In this document: positions 1 to 10,470 of the stretch, piece after piece
Layout: each line of letters begins with the position of its first letter
Numbering within the stretch: position 1 is the first letter of the stretch
NCBI GenBank assembly: GCA_033791885.1
Contig: JASJFV010000173.1
Span: 1-34,919, forward strand
From: Gammaproteobacteria bacterium
Lineage (GTDB): Bacteria > Pseudomonadota > Gammaproteobacteria > BMS3Bbin11
Length of the DNA stretch: 34,919 bases
Direction: 5' to 3'
Made by a program: the position numbers and the translations under genes
Notes under the pieces: model-generated
Told to the model about the DNA's origin: nothing
Seen by the model: only the letters and a program-made list of their open reading frames with translations
Database searches by the model: none

Positions 1-82
1 AAATACACCAACCCTTTTAATAAACAATTCCTGTAGAACGAATGATTTTAGTGAAGGGGGATTTTATGCTGCAAGCAGTTCA

Positions 83-1438
83 TTATTTTCCAATACAGAA
101 TGAACTGAATATCTTACCAAGGAGGTCTTCGTTGCTAAATTCACCAGTAATTCTGTTTAGTGCTTGTTGTGCCTGCCGGCAATCTTCTGCCAGCAGTTCC
201 AGCTGAATTACAGGGCTTAGATGATTAACCGAATTGTTCAAAACATTTTCTGCATCTTGCAGCGCTTCTATATGTCTGCGCCTCGCTGTAAAGACACCTT
301 CAGTCACTGATTCTATCGCTGATACTTCTCTCAAATGATGGTAAAGCAGATCAATTCCTTCACCTGTTTTGATCGAGAGTAAAATCTCACAATTATTTCC
401 GCTATTGATTATTGCTGGCTTCTTACCCTGAAGATCTATTTTGTTTCTTATGATCGTTACCGGCGTTTCATCTTCAACAAAATCAAGCAATTCGACTTTT
501 AGCTGCTGATCAAATTCTGCCTCATCAATGATCAGTAAAACTCTATCTGCTCTTTCAAGTTCTTTTTGTGCGCGCCTGACGCCTTCAGACTCAACTACAT
601 CTGTTGTATGTCTTAATCCAGCTGTATCTGTAACATCAATTACCAATCCGTCCAGATCAATCCTGTCTCTTATAATATCGCGGGTTGTACCGGCTTGATC
701 ACTGACGATGGCTGTATCATTTTTGGTCAGACGATTTAATAAACTTGATTTACCAGAATTTGGTTTACCGGCAAGCACCAGGTGAAACCCATCTCTTAAT
801 AAATTACCTTTGTTTGCTGTATCCAGTAACTTTCGTATATCACGTGTTAATTCAAAGAGCCTTTGTCTAAACTCCCTGTCAGGAATATCTGAAATCTCCT
901 CATCTGGAAAATCCATGTACGCTTCAGCAAGCATGCGCAGATGTACAAGATTATTTACTATCTGATGAATTTCATTCGAGAACTCGCCTTCCAGTGATCG
1001 CATTGCCCCACGTACTGCTGAGCGGGTATGACTCTCAATAATATCAGCGATGGCTTCAGCCTGGGTAAGATCTATTTTTCCATTTAAATATGCGCGTTCC
1101 GAAAATTCACCTGCTCGTGCCTGTCTACATCCTAAAGAAAGAACATGCTCAAGTAGCATGTCCAGTACGACAACACCGCCGTGACCTTGCAACTCCAGGA
1201 CATCTTCACCGGTAAAGGAATTTGGTGCGGGGAAAAAGAGAAGCAACACCTGGTCAATCAGGCGATTCTGGTTGTCAATAATTTTACTCAGTACAGCTTT
1301 TCTGGGTTCCAGCTTTTTTGCAGATAAGCGCTGCATAACCTCTCTGGTTGCAGAGCCAGAGATGCGTATGACACCAATGCCTGCATTACCACGCGGCGTA
1401 GCGATCGCTGCAATGGTGTCTGCGTTTTCTAAAGTCAA
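83..1438 (-). CDS. mnmE: tRNA modification GTPase MnmE (TrmE)
   Basis: 451-aa ORF. N-terminus is TIAAIATPRG..GVIRISG. G-domain motifs GKPNSGKSSLLN, DTAGLR and NKID are present, with the diagnostic C-terminal FCIGK. TTG start at 1438. Canonical position next to yidC. Confidence 0.95.
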   Translation of the reverse strand: MTLENADTIAAIATPRGNAGIGVIRISGSATREVMQRLSAKKLEPRKAVLSKIIDNQNRLIDQVLLLFFPAPNSFTGEDVLELQGHGGVVVLDMLLEHVLSLGCRQARAGEFSERAYLNGKIDLTQAEAIADIIESHTRSAVRGAMRSLEGEFSNEIHQIVNNLVHLRMLAEAYMDFPDEEISDIPDREFRQRLFELTRDIRKLLDTANKGNLLRDGFHLVLAGKPNSGKSSLLNRLTKNDTAIVSDQAGTTRDIIRDRIDLDGLVIDVTDTAGLRHTTDVVESEGVRRAQKELERADRVLLIIDEAEFDQQLKVELLDFVEDETPVTIIRNKIDLQGKKPAIINSGNNCEILLSIKTGEGIDLLYHHLREVSAIESVTEGVFTARRRHIEALQDAENVLNNSVNHLSPVIQLELLAEDCRQAQQALNRITGEFSNEDLLGKIFSSFCIGK

Positions 1439-1449
1439 TGAATACCCGT

Positions 1450-3108
1450 TTACACGCCCATCTTTTTATTGATTGTATATTGCTGAGCGATAGTCAGAAG
1501 GTTATTTACCGTCCAGTACAACACCAGCCCTGATGGGAAAAACAGGAAGAAGAAGGTAAACACCACTGGCATCGCCATCATTATTCTCTTTTGCATAGGA
1601 TCCATTGCAACAGCGCTAAGCGATTGCTGGGCAAGCATTGATGCACCCATTAGTATAGGCAAAATAAAATATGGATCAGGTGCTGAAAGGTCTTTTATCC
1701 ACAATATCCAGGGTGCCTGGCGCAGTTCTACACTCTCAAGCAACGCCCAGTACAGAGCAATGAAAACTGGTATCTGGATTAGTATAGGAAGGCAACCGCC
1801 AAGAGGGTTTATCTTTTCCTCTTTGTACAACTTCATCATTGCCTGATTTAACTTTTGCTTATCGTCACCGTAACGCTCTTTAAGGGTTTTTATCCTAGGC
1901 GTCATCTTCCTCATATTTGCCATCGATTTATGGCTGGCTGCTGAAAGCGGAAAAAAGACAAGTTTTATCATTATGGTCAGAATAATAATTGCCCAGCCCC
2001 AGTTGCCGACTACTGAGTGTATCTTGTCGAGCAACCAGTAAAGTGGTGAAGAAATTGGTGTTAACCAACCAAAATCAACGGTCAATTCAAGTCCGGGTGC
2101 TGCTGCTTTAAGCCTTTTTGTTTCCTTTGGACCAATAAATAGTCTGGTAGATAATTCACCTGCGTTGCCCGCCTGAATGTTCACAGGGGCTAATGACTTA
2201 TAGCCGAGGAAATATTTATTACCGGGTAATTTATTGGAAAAGATTTCATATTTGCTATCTTTGTCGAGCAACCATGATCCGACAAAATAATGCTGAAGCG
2301 TACCTACCCAGCCATTTGTTGTCAGTACCGAAAGGTTTTCATCCTGCATGTCTGAATAGCTTATTTTTCGGTATTTATCCTGCTCATCATAGATTGCACC
2401 ACCGGTATAACTTGGCACCATTGTCGCCGGGTTAAAAGAGTTTTGCGCATCAATCTGCGTACTCTTGAACTGGTTATATTGATAACCTACCCACTCGTTT
2501 GAGCTGGTATTAAAAACCTTGTACTTAATTTCAACAACATAACTATCGCGTGCAAACGTATATATCTTCTTGTAGGTAATTCCATCAGGTGAATTCCATA
2601 CAAACTCCACGTCCATACTGTCTTTGTCTTTTTCCAGACGGTAGGCTTTCTTTGCACTGGTGTACAATGTTTTATGTGTAGGAAATTCTCGGCCCTGCAC
2701 CAGCAGTCCACCCTGAGCGATGGATATATTCTCACCCGAATCACTCAATAGCTGGAATAGCTCATCTGGGTGGTCAATATCTACAGAATATTTTTTTAGC
2801 CAGGCGTTGTTTATGCCCGCTCCCAGGGTATTAATTTCAAGCTTCAGATTGTCTGTCTCTACGACTACAGCTTCCCCTTTTGGACCCGTATTGCTTGAAT
2901 GTGATGCTGAACCCTCTGTCAATTCGGGTGTTTCCGAACTAATCGCTGGTGTTTCCGGGACACTGCCCGATTCAATAATTTCACCAGCCACATTGTTCTG
3001 TGAAATTTGTGCAGGTTTATCCGGTGAGCTGTATTCCACCCATGACTGCCATAGCATAAGAAACAGGAACCCAAGTACAACAAAAAGTATTAATCTCTGA
3101 TTATCCAT
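1450..3108 (-). CDS. yidC: membrane protein insertase YidC
   Basis: 552-aa ORF with an N-terminal TM, a large periplasmic domain and a conserved C-terminal core (PLGGCLPILIQIPVFIALY..). The ATG overlaps the yidD stop in ATGGATAA. Confidence 0.95.
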   Translation of the reverse strand: MDNQRLILFVVLGFLFLMLWQSWVEYSSPDKPAQISQNNVAGEIIESGSVPETPAISSETPELTEGSASHSSNTGPKGEAVVVETDNLKLEINTLGAGINNAWLKKYSVDIDHPDELFQLLSDSGENISIAQGGLLVQGREFPTHKTLYTSAKKAYRLEKDKDSMDVEFVWNSPDGITYKKIYTFARDSYVVEIKYKVFNTSSNEWVGYQYNQFKSTQIDAQNSFNPATMVPSYTGGAIYDEQDKYRKISYSDMQDENLSVLTTNGWVGTLQHYFVGSWLLDKDSKYEIFSNKLPGNKYFLGYKSLAPVNIQAGNAGELSTRLFIGPKETKRLKAAAPGLELTVDFGWLTPISSPLYWLLDKIHSVVGNWGWAIIILTIMIKLVFFPLSAASHKSMANMRKMTPRIKTLKERYGDDKQKLNQAMMKLYKEEKINPLGGCLPILIQIPVFIALYWALLESVELRQAPWILWIKDLSAPDPYFILPILMGASMLAQQSLSAVAMDPMQKRIMMAMPVVFTFFFLFFPSGLVLYWTVNNLLTIAQQYTINKKMGV

Positions 3109-3337
3109 CTAAATGTTCCTTGTTCTTACAGGGTACATAATCAATACCGCCCTCATTCCAGGGGTTGCATCGAAAAATTCGGTGAATCGACATCCAGCCA
3201 CCTTTAAAGATGCCATATTGCGATATTGCTGTTGCTGCGTATTCTGAACATGTGGGGTAGAAACGGCAGTTTTGTCCAAATAAAGGACTTATCCAGCGTT
3301 TATAAAATTTCAGTACGCTTACAGTAAAGTTACGCAT
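3101..3337 (-). CDS. yidD: membrane protein insertion efficiency factor YidD
   Basis: Conserved CRFYPTCSEYA motif. I place the start at the internal ATG (3337), MRNFTV.., which overlaps the rnpA stop (ATGCGTAA). The 105-aa track ORF extends into rnpA and is probably too long. Confidence 0.85.
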   Translation of the reverse strand: MRNFTVSVLKFYKRWISPLFGQNCRFYPTCSEYAATAISQYGIFKGGWMSIHRIFRCNPWNEGGIDYVPCKNKEHLDG

Positions 3338-3677
3338 TTTCTGAAATTTTCCGCCAGTGGGCATCAAGTGATGAGCGAAGTACAGGCTTCTCGATATTGG
3401 CTGCAGCCTGTTTTGCAACGACTACACAATCCATACCTTTCAGTATTTTCCTATTTAACCTGAAGGATTCCCTGATTTGTCTTTTAATCCGGTTCCTTTC
3501 AACCGCTCTTTTTGAAACTTTACGAGACACTGCAATCCCCAGTCTTGCAGAACCTGGTGAATTTTCACAATAGACAACTAGGAAATATTTTCCATGATTC
3601 CGTAATCCATTTGAGAATGCGTGTGAAAAACTCGCCTTCTCAAGCAGTCTACAGGATTTGTCAAAAGCCTCGGACAC
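3330..3677 (-). CDS. rnpA: ribonuclease P protein component
   Basis: 115-aa basic protein with an RNR-type motif (KRAVERNRIKRQIRE). GTG start 14 nt after the rpmH stop. Canonical rpmH-rnpA order. Confidence 0.9.
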   Translation of the reverse strand: MSEAFDKSCRLLEKASFSHAFSNGLRNHGKYFLVVYCENSPGSARLGIAVSRKVSKRAVERNRIKRQIRESFRLNRKILKGMDCVVVAKQAAANIEKPVLRSSLDAHWRKISENA

Positions 3678-3691
3678 GAAGGCATCGTGTA

Positions 3692-3826
3692 TCAGGCGCT
3701 AAGTGAAGCGCGGCCTCTTGCTCGACGAGCATTTATAATTGCACGACCACTGCGAGTCTTCATTCTTGCACGAAAACCGTGGCGACGTTTACGCTTTAAA
3801 ACGCTTGGTTGAAATGTTCTTTTCAT
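3692..3826 (-). CDS. rpmH: 50S ribosomal protein L34
   Basis: Not in the ORF track. Hand translation of the minus strand gives [44 protein letters not shown] (44 aa, ATG 3826, TGA 3692-3694), a textbook L34 sequence. Confidence 0.92.
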   Translation of the reverse strand: MKRTFQPSVLKRKRRHGFRARMKTRSGRAIINARRARGRASLSA

Positions 3827-3914
3827 GATATCTGTCTTCGATTTTAACTAGACCGATAACCTTATTCAGGCCGCTGCCAGAAAGAAATTTCGGTCAAGAT
3901 GTAAAAGGGCGGAA

Positions 3915-3943
3915 AATGTACTTATTGTTGACTTATATGTCAA
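3915..3943 (-). promoter_or_regulatory. candidate sigma70 promoter for rpmH-rnpA
   Basis: On the minus strand: TTGACA (3943-3938), a 17-nt spacer, then TACATT (3920-3915), about 90 nt upstream of the rpmH ATG. The -35 lies in an 18-bp inverted repeat, GTTGACTTATATGTCAAC (3927-3944). Sequence match only. Confidence 0.3.
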
Positions 3944-3997
3944 CTGCTAATTGGATTATTCGTAATTTAAAAAGAATATATATTTCGCAATATTGCC

Positions 3998-4006
3998 TGT
4001 GGATAA
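3998..4006. promoter_or_regulatory. perfect DnaA box (TGTGGATAA = complement of TTATCCACA) upstream of dnaA
   Basis: Exact 9/9 match to the consensus DnaA box, read directly, 125 nt upstream of the dnaA start. It could serve dnaA autoregulation and/or the origin. Confidence 0.6.
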
Positions 4007-4051
4007 CTATTATTCTATTCGTTAAACTAGTGTGTTCTACATAATCTATAT

Positions 4052-4075
4052 TACTACTAGTAACTGTAATATTAT
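4052..4075 (+). repeat. in-phase TAN trinucleotide array (TAC TAC TAG TAA CTG TAA TAT TAT) within an AT-rich tract
   Basis: Read directly. It is immediately preceded by ATCTATAT (4044-4051), the same 8-mer that precedes the array at 5656-5673. About 50 nt of almost pure A/T follows. Confidence 0.4.
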
Positions 4076-4130
4076 AAAATAAAATAATAATATAATTAAG
4101 TAATTATACCATAAAATTCAGGGATTTATT

Positions 4131-5489
4131 TTGTCTAGACAAACCTTTTGGAATGACTGCCTTCTCCACCTTGAAGGCGAGTTATCCAGTAACCATTTTA
4201 ATACCTGGATTCGTCCTTTACAGGCCGAAAAAGAAAAAAATAAATTATATTTATTAGCCCCAAATCGTTTTGTAAAAGACTGGGTAGACTCACACTACTT
4301 AAATCGCATCACTGAAATTGCCGGGTCGATAGGGAAGGGTGATCTGGAGGTTATTCTCAAGATAGGCAGTAAAGGCATTTCAGACAGCAGTGAGATAACT
4401 ACTGAAAAAAAAACCCAGCAGAAAAATTCCGGCAATAAGGCCAGCAGAAAAAAAATTCGCAAGGAATTTACCACAGCTTTAAATCCTAAATTTACATTTC
4501 ATAGCCATGTCGCTGGTAAATCAAATCAACTTGCGCGTGCAGCTGCACTTCAGGTCGGTGAGAATCCTGGTCAGAGTTATAACCCTCTATTCATATATGG
4601 TGGTTCAGGTGTAGGTAAGACCCATTTAATGCAGTCAGCGGGCAACCTGATTCTGCAGCATCAACCAACCGCAACCATCGCTTACGTGCGTTCTGAATTC
4701 TTTGTGCAGGGTTTTGTAAAAGCCTTGCAACACGGAACAATTGATGATTTCAAACTTCACTACCGTTCCGTCGATGCTCTGCTAATTGATGATATTCATT
4801 TCTTTGCCCGGAAAAACCAATCACAGGAGGAATTCTTTCACACTTTTAATTCCCTGCTTGATCTAAACCGTCAGATCATAATGACCAGTGATAGAATGCC
4901 CCAGGAGATAGAAGGGCTGGAAGAGCGGCTAGTTTCTCGATTTGGGTCCGGGCTAACCGTTCCCATTGAACCACCTGAACTAGAAACCAGGGTAGCTATC
5001 CTCATTACAAAAGCATCAGAAATGGGAATCAATCTTCCTCAGGAAGTTGCTTTTTTTATCTCTAGACAGATTCGATCAAACGTACGTGAACTTGAGGGTG
5101 GACTAAACCGTATTATTGCCAGTATGCGATTTACCGGCAGAGAAATAGATCTTGACCTGGCAAAAGAAGCACTGAAAGACATTGTTGGTTTTCAACAGAG
5201 AATGATCAGCCTTGAAAATATACAGAAAACAGTTGCTGAATATTTTAAGATAAGGCTCTCGGATATACGTTCAAAAAAGCGTACTAGAAACATCACCAGG
5301 CCAAGACAGATTGCGATGTCTCTATCAAAAGAATTAACCAACCACTCATTACCTGAGATTGGAGATGCATTTGGTGGGAGAGATCATACAACAGTGATTC
5401 ATGCAGTAAAAAAAGTATCGCAGTTGACCAGTGAGAATCCACAGTTGAATGAAGACTATGAAAACCTGTTGAAAATTCTAAGTAATTAA
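4131..5489 (+). CDS. dnaA: chromosomal replication initiator protein DnaA
   Basis: 452 aa. N-terminus FWNDCLLHLEGELSSNHFNTWIRPLQAE parallels E. coli DnaA. AAA+ Walker A is GGSGVGKTHL and Walker B is LLIDDIHF. C-terminal DNA-binding helix is GGRDHTTVIHA. TTG start. Confidence 0.96.
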   Translation: MSRQTFWNDCLLHLEGELSSNHFNTWIRPLQAEKEKNKLYLLAPNRFVKDWVDSHYLNRITEIAGSIGKGDLEVILKIGSKGISDSSEITTEKKTQQKNSGNKASRKKIRKEFTTALNPKFTFHSHVAGKSNQLARAAALQVGENPGQSYNPLFIYGGSGVGKTHLMQSAGNLILQHQPTATIAYVRSEFFVQGFVKALQHGTIDDFKLHYRSVDALLIDDIHFFARKNQSQEEFFHTFNSLLDLNRQIIMTSDRMPQEIEGLEERLVSRFGSGLTVPIEPPELETRVAILITKASEMGINLPQEVAFFISRQIRSNVRELEGGLNRIIASMRFTGREIDLDLAKEALKDIVGFQQRMISLENIQKTVAEYFKIRLSDIRSKKRTRNITRPRQIAMSLSKELTNHSLPEIGDAFGGRDHTTVIHAVKKVSQLTSENPQLNEDYENLLKILSN

Positions 5490-5498
5490 AGGATATAT

Positions 5499-5553
5499 TG
5501 TGGATAAACCAAGATACTGCTTATGATCACTGACTTATACACATTAATTCACA
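5499..5553. promoter_or_regulatory. cluster of three DnaA boxes just downstream of dnaA
   Basis: TGTGGATAA (5499-5507, perfect). TTATACACA (5535-5543, fits TTATNCACA). TAATTCACA (5545-5553, 1 mismatch). The last two are tandem with 10-bp phasing. Confidence 0.55.
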
Positions 5554-5655
5554 ATGTTTACTTTCTCTAAACAGTATTTATTAACAGTTATATAAAATAT
5601 ACAAGTTACTGATATAGAAGCGATAATGACTGTTTTCAACAGTATCTATATTGCC

Positions 5656-5673
5656 TAATAGTAATAGTAGTAA
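5656..5673 (+). repeat. in-phase TAA TAG TAA TAG TAG TAA trinucleotide array (DnaA-trio-like)
   Basis: Read directly. It is preceded by ATCTATAT (5644-5651) plus TGCC, and followed by ATATATATAAAAATAA up to the dnaN ribosome-binding site. Confidence 0.4.
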
Positions 5674-5698
5674 ATATATATAAAAATAAGGTAATACT

Positions 5699-6808
5699 AT
5701 GAATATAAAGTTATCCAGAGGAACATTACTCAAACCCCTTACATACGTGAGTAGTGTTGTCGAAAAACGTCAAACACTTCCAATACTCTCGAATGTATTA
5801 ATTCAATTTGATGGCAATAGCAGACTTTCACTGACAGGAACTGACCTGGAAGTTGAGGTGATTACACATTGCGATCAGGTAAGTGGTGAGGCTGGTGATA
5901 TATCACTTAATGCAAGAAAACTATATGACATTACGCGGTCTTTACCAGATGATGCAGAAATGTCTATTACCTCTGAGGATAACGGGAAGTCGATAATAAG
6001 ATCTGGAAAAAGCCGATTCACGGTTCAAACTCTACCCGTAGACGATTTTCCAAAAATTGAAACAGAACAATGGGACCAGACCTGGAAGCTACCAGCCAGC
6101 GTTTTTAAGCAGGCTTTGACCCGGACTTCCTTTGCAATGGCTCAACAGGATGTTCGCTTTTACCTGAACGGCTTACTACTTGTATCTGATAATAGCAATA
6201 TGACTACTGTGGCCACTGACGGACACCGTCTTGCTAAAACAGAAATTCAACTCACTTCAAAATCTACAGATTCTGAAATTCAGGCTATCGTACCAAGGAA
6301 GGCTATAACAGAACTTAATCGAATGATGGATAATATTGAAGACGATATCAGTGTTAGCTTCAATGCAAACCATATGAGAGTAGAGCTGGACTCCGTAATA
6401 TTTACCTCAAAGTTGATTGATGGGCGCTTTCCTGATTATGAAAAAGTAATACCAAAAAATCAGGATAAAGCAATTCTTATTGATCGACATGAGCTTCAGA
6501 ACACTTTGAACAGGGCTGCTATTTTAACAAACGAAAAGTTTCGCGGTGTCAGGCTTATCATTACAAAAGATAAGATGAGTGTATCTGCAAATAATCCTGA
6601 CCAGGAAGAAGCCTTTGATGAAATTGCAATTGAGTATACTGGTGAAGATATCGAAATAGGTTTCAACGTTGGCTATATGCTTGAAGCATTAAATGTTATC
6701 AATTCTGAAAAGGTAGAAATTTTACTAAGCGATGCAAACAGCAGTGGTACCTTGCGTGCTCCTGGTGATGCCGATACAGTTTACATAGTTATGCCAATGC
6801 GACTGTAA
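5699..6808 (+). CDS. dnaN: DNA polymerase III beta sliding clamp
   Basis: 369 aa with a typical beta-clamp N-terminus (LLKPL..V..VVEKRQTLPILSNVL) and C-terminal MPMRL. Follows dnaA. Confidence 0.96.
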   Translation: MNIKLSRGTLLKPLTYVSSVVEKRQTLPILSNVLIQFDGNSRLSLTGTDLEVEVITHCDQVSGEAGDISLNARKLYDITRSLPDDAEMSITSEDNGKSIIRSGKSRFTVQTLPVDDFPKIETEQWDQTWKLPASVFKQALTRTSFAMAQQDVRFYLNGLLLVSDNSNMTTVATDGHRLAKTEIQLTSKSTDSEIQAIVPRKAITELNRMMDNIEDDISVSFNANHMRVELDSVIFTSKLIDGRFPDYEKVIPKNQDKAILIDRHELQNTLNRAAILTNEKFRGVRLIITKDKMSVSANNPDQEEAFDEIAIEYTGEDIEIGFNVGYMLEALNVINSEKVEILLSDANSSGTLRAPGDADTVYIVMPMRL

Positions 6809-6813
6809 AATAT

Positions 6814-6829
6814 TGTTTCACGTGAAACA
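6814..6829. repeat. perfect 16-bp palindrome TGTTTCACGTGAAACA
   Basis: Read directly, 5 nt after the dnaN stop codon. It could be an operator-like site or a short hairpin. No confident match to a regulator consensus I know. Confidence 0.5.
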
Positions 6830-6891
6830 TAGTTTATAAATAATATAGAAAATCCCACGTTTCAGTCCTGAAATTAACAGGATACTTCATC

Positions 6892-6925
6892 TGACCCGTC
6901 AGGCACTGATCTGTATCTGACGGGT
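6892..6925 (+). terminator. GC-rich hairpin (GACCCGTCAG / CTGACGGGTC, 10-bp stem, 14-nt loop) downstream of dnaN
   Basis: Perfect inverted repeat read directly. There is no clean U-tract after it (CTTCATCTT), so function as an intrinsic terminator is uncertain. Confidence 0.3.
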
Positions 6926-7033
6926 CCTTCATCTTAAAGTCATTAGCTCTGCAGTTGTATCTATCTATCATGGGTATCATTTGAATAGGTATATTTATCA
7001 TTCAAGCAAACAATCCTATATTTCTGATATTAA

Positions 7034-9499
<2,466 letters not shown>

Positions 9500-9638
9500 T
9501 TATTTATTGCAATGTAAGTAATTACTAATCAAAAAGAACTTCACCTGTCTGTGGTGTCAACTTATTACGTATTGAAGCTTAGTATTGTTTAGAGATTGTC
9601 TATCGATGCACCGTACTATCTGTATTATCTGTTTATAA

Positions 9639-10469
9639 TCAATTGGTTATATGTTTTTTTTGGCAGGAGTGTGAAATAAACTGTAGTTTTGGCGTATCAA
9701 TTCTAACCGCAGTAAGTTTTCCGCCCCATAGACAGCCAGAATCGAGACATATCGCATTATTTTGCCAATGCAACCCCAGTGTTGACCAGTGACCGTAAAA
9801 AACCCGCCAGGGTGCTTTACGTTTGCTCTTGACAGAATACCAGGGGTGAAAGCCAGACGGTTGTTTTCCAGGGGTACATTTTGTATCCAGGTCTAACGCA
9901 CCGGATGAATCAAGATAGCGCATACGGGTCAACACATTGGTTATAAATCGTAGCCTGTCCCATCCCTGCAGGGATTTGTCCCAGTAAACAGGGTAGCTGC
10001 CATACATTTTTACAAGGAATTTTTTATAGTCACCTTTGCGCAATACCGATTGCACTTCCTCAGCAAGTATTTTAGTTTTATCAATTGACCATGCAGGGTA
10101 AATGCCGGCATGAACAATACAGGCCTGATACTCTTTTGAGCGGTAAAACAGAGGTCGATGGCGTAGCCAATCCAGCATTTCTGAGCTGTCACGCGCATCT
10201 AGAATATTATCAAGGGTGTCTGATATTTTGTTTACCCTGCTTCCATAAGCAACAGCAAGGAGGTTCAGGTCGTGATTGCCAAGCACACATTTAGCCGAAT
10301 CACCTAGATCCATGATGTAGCGAAGTACATCAGCTGATTGTGGTCCACGGTTAACCAGGTCCCCGCAAAACCACAATTGATCACGACCCGCATTAAATCT
10401 GATACCTTTAATTAATTTTTTAAGAGATTTATAACAGCCCTGAATATCACCTATTACATAAATGGCCAT
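9639..10469 (-). CDS. apaH: bis(5'-nucleosyl)-tetraphosphatase (symmetrical), ApaH
   Basis: 276 aa. Metallophosphatase motifs GDIQGC, GDLVNRG and GNHD, with typical ApaH length. The ATG is 1 nt after the pip stop. Confidence 0.9.
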   Translation of the reverse strand: MAIYVIGDIQGCYKSLKKLIKGIRFNAGRDQLWFCGDLVNRGPQSADVLRYIMDLGDSAKCVLGNHDLNLLAVAYGSRVNKISDTLDNILDARDSSEMLDWLRHRPLFYRSKEYQACIVHAGIYPAWSIDKTKILAEEVQSVLRKGDYKKFLVKMYGSYPVYWDKSLQGWDRLRFITNVLTRMRYLDSSGALDLDTKCTPGKQPSGFHPWYSVKSKRKAPWRVFYGHWSTLGLHWQNNAICLDSGCLWGGKLTAVRIDTPKLQFISHSCQKKHITN

Positions 10470-10470
10470 A

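Noticed and set aside
2193-3100. Several 80-126-aa ORFs antisense or out of frame within yidC, and similar ones inside gyrB, pip, hemL, ppsA, gpmA and the lpd-like gene
   Set aside because: All lie wholly inside strongly supported conserved genes. Their compositions are biased, as expected for shadow frames.
3338-3418. N-terminal 27 codons of the 105-aa yidD track ORF
   Set aside because: They overlap the rnpA coding region in another frame. The conserved YidD sequence begins at the internal ATG (3337), which overlaps the rnpA stop in the usual coupled arrangement.
6814-6829. The 16-bp palindrome as a CRP/FNR-family or Cra/LacI-family operator
   Set aside because: It fits the TGT-N10-ACA frame, but its half-sites (TGTTT/AAACA) match CRP TGTGA/TCACA poorly. 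The TGAAAC/GTTTCA halves are everted relative to the Cra consensus. No confident assignment is possible.
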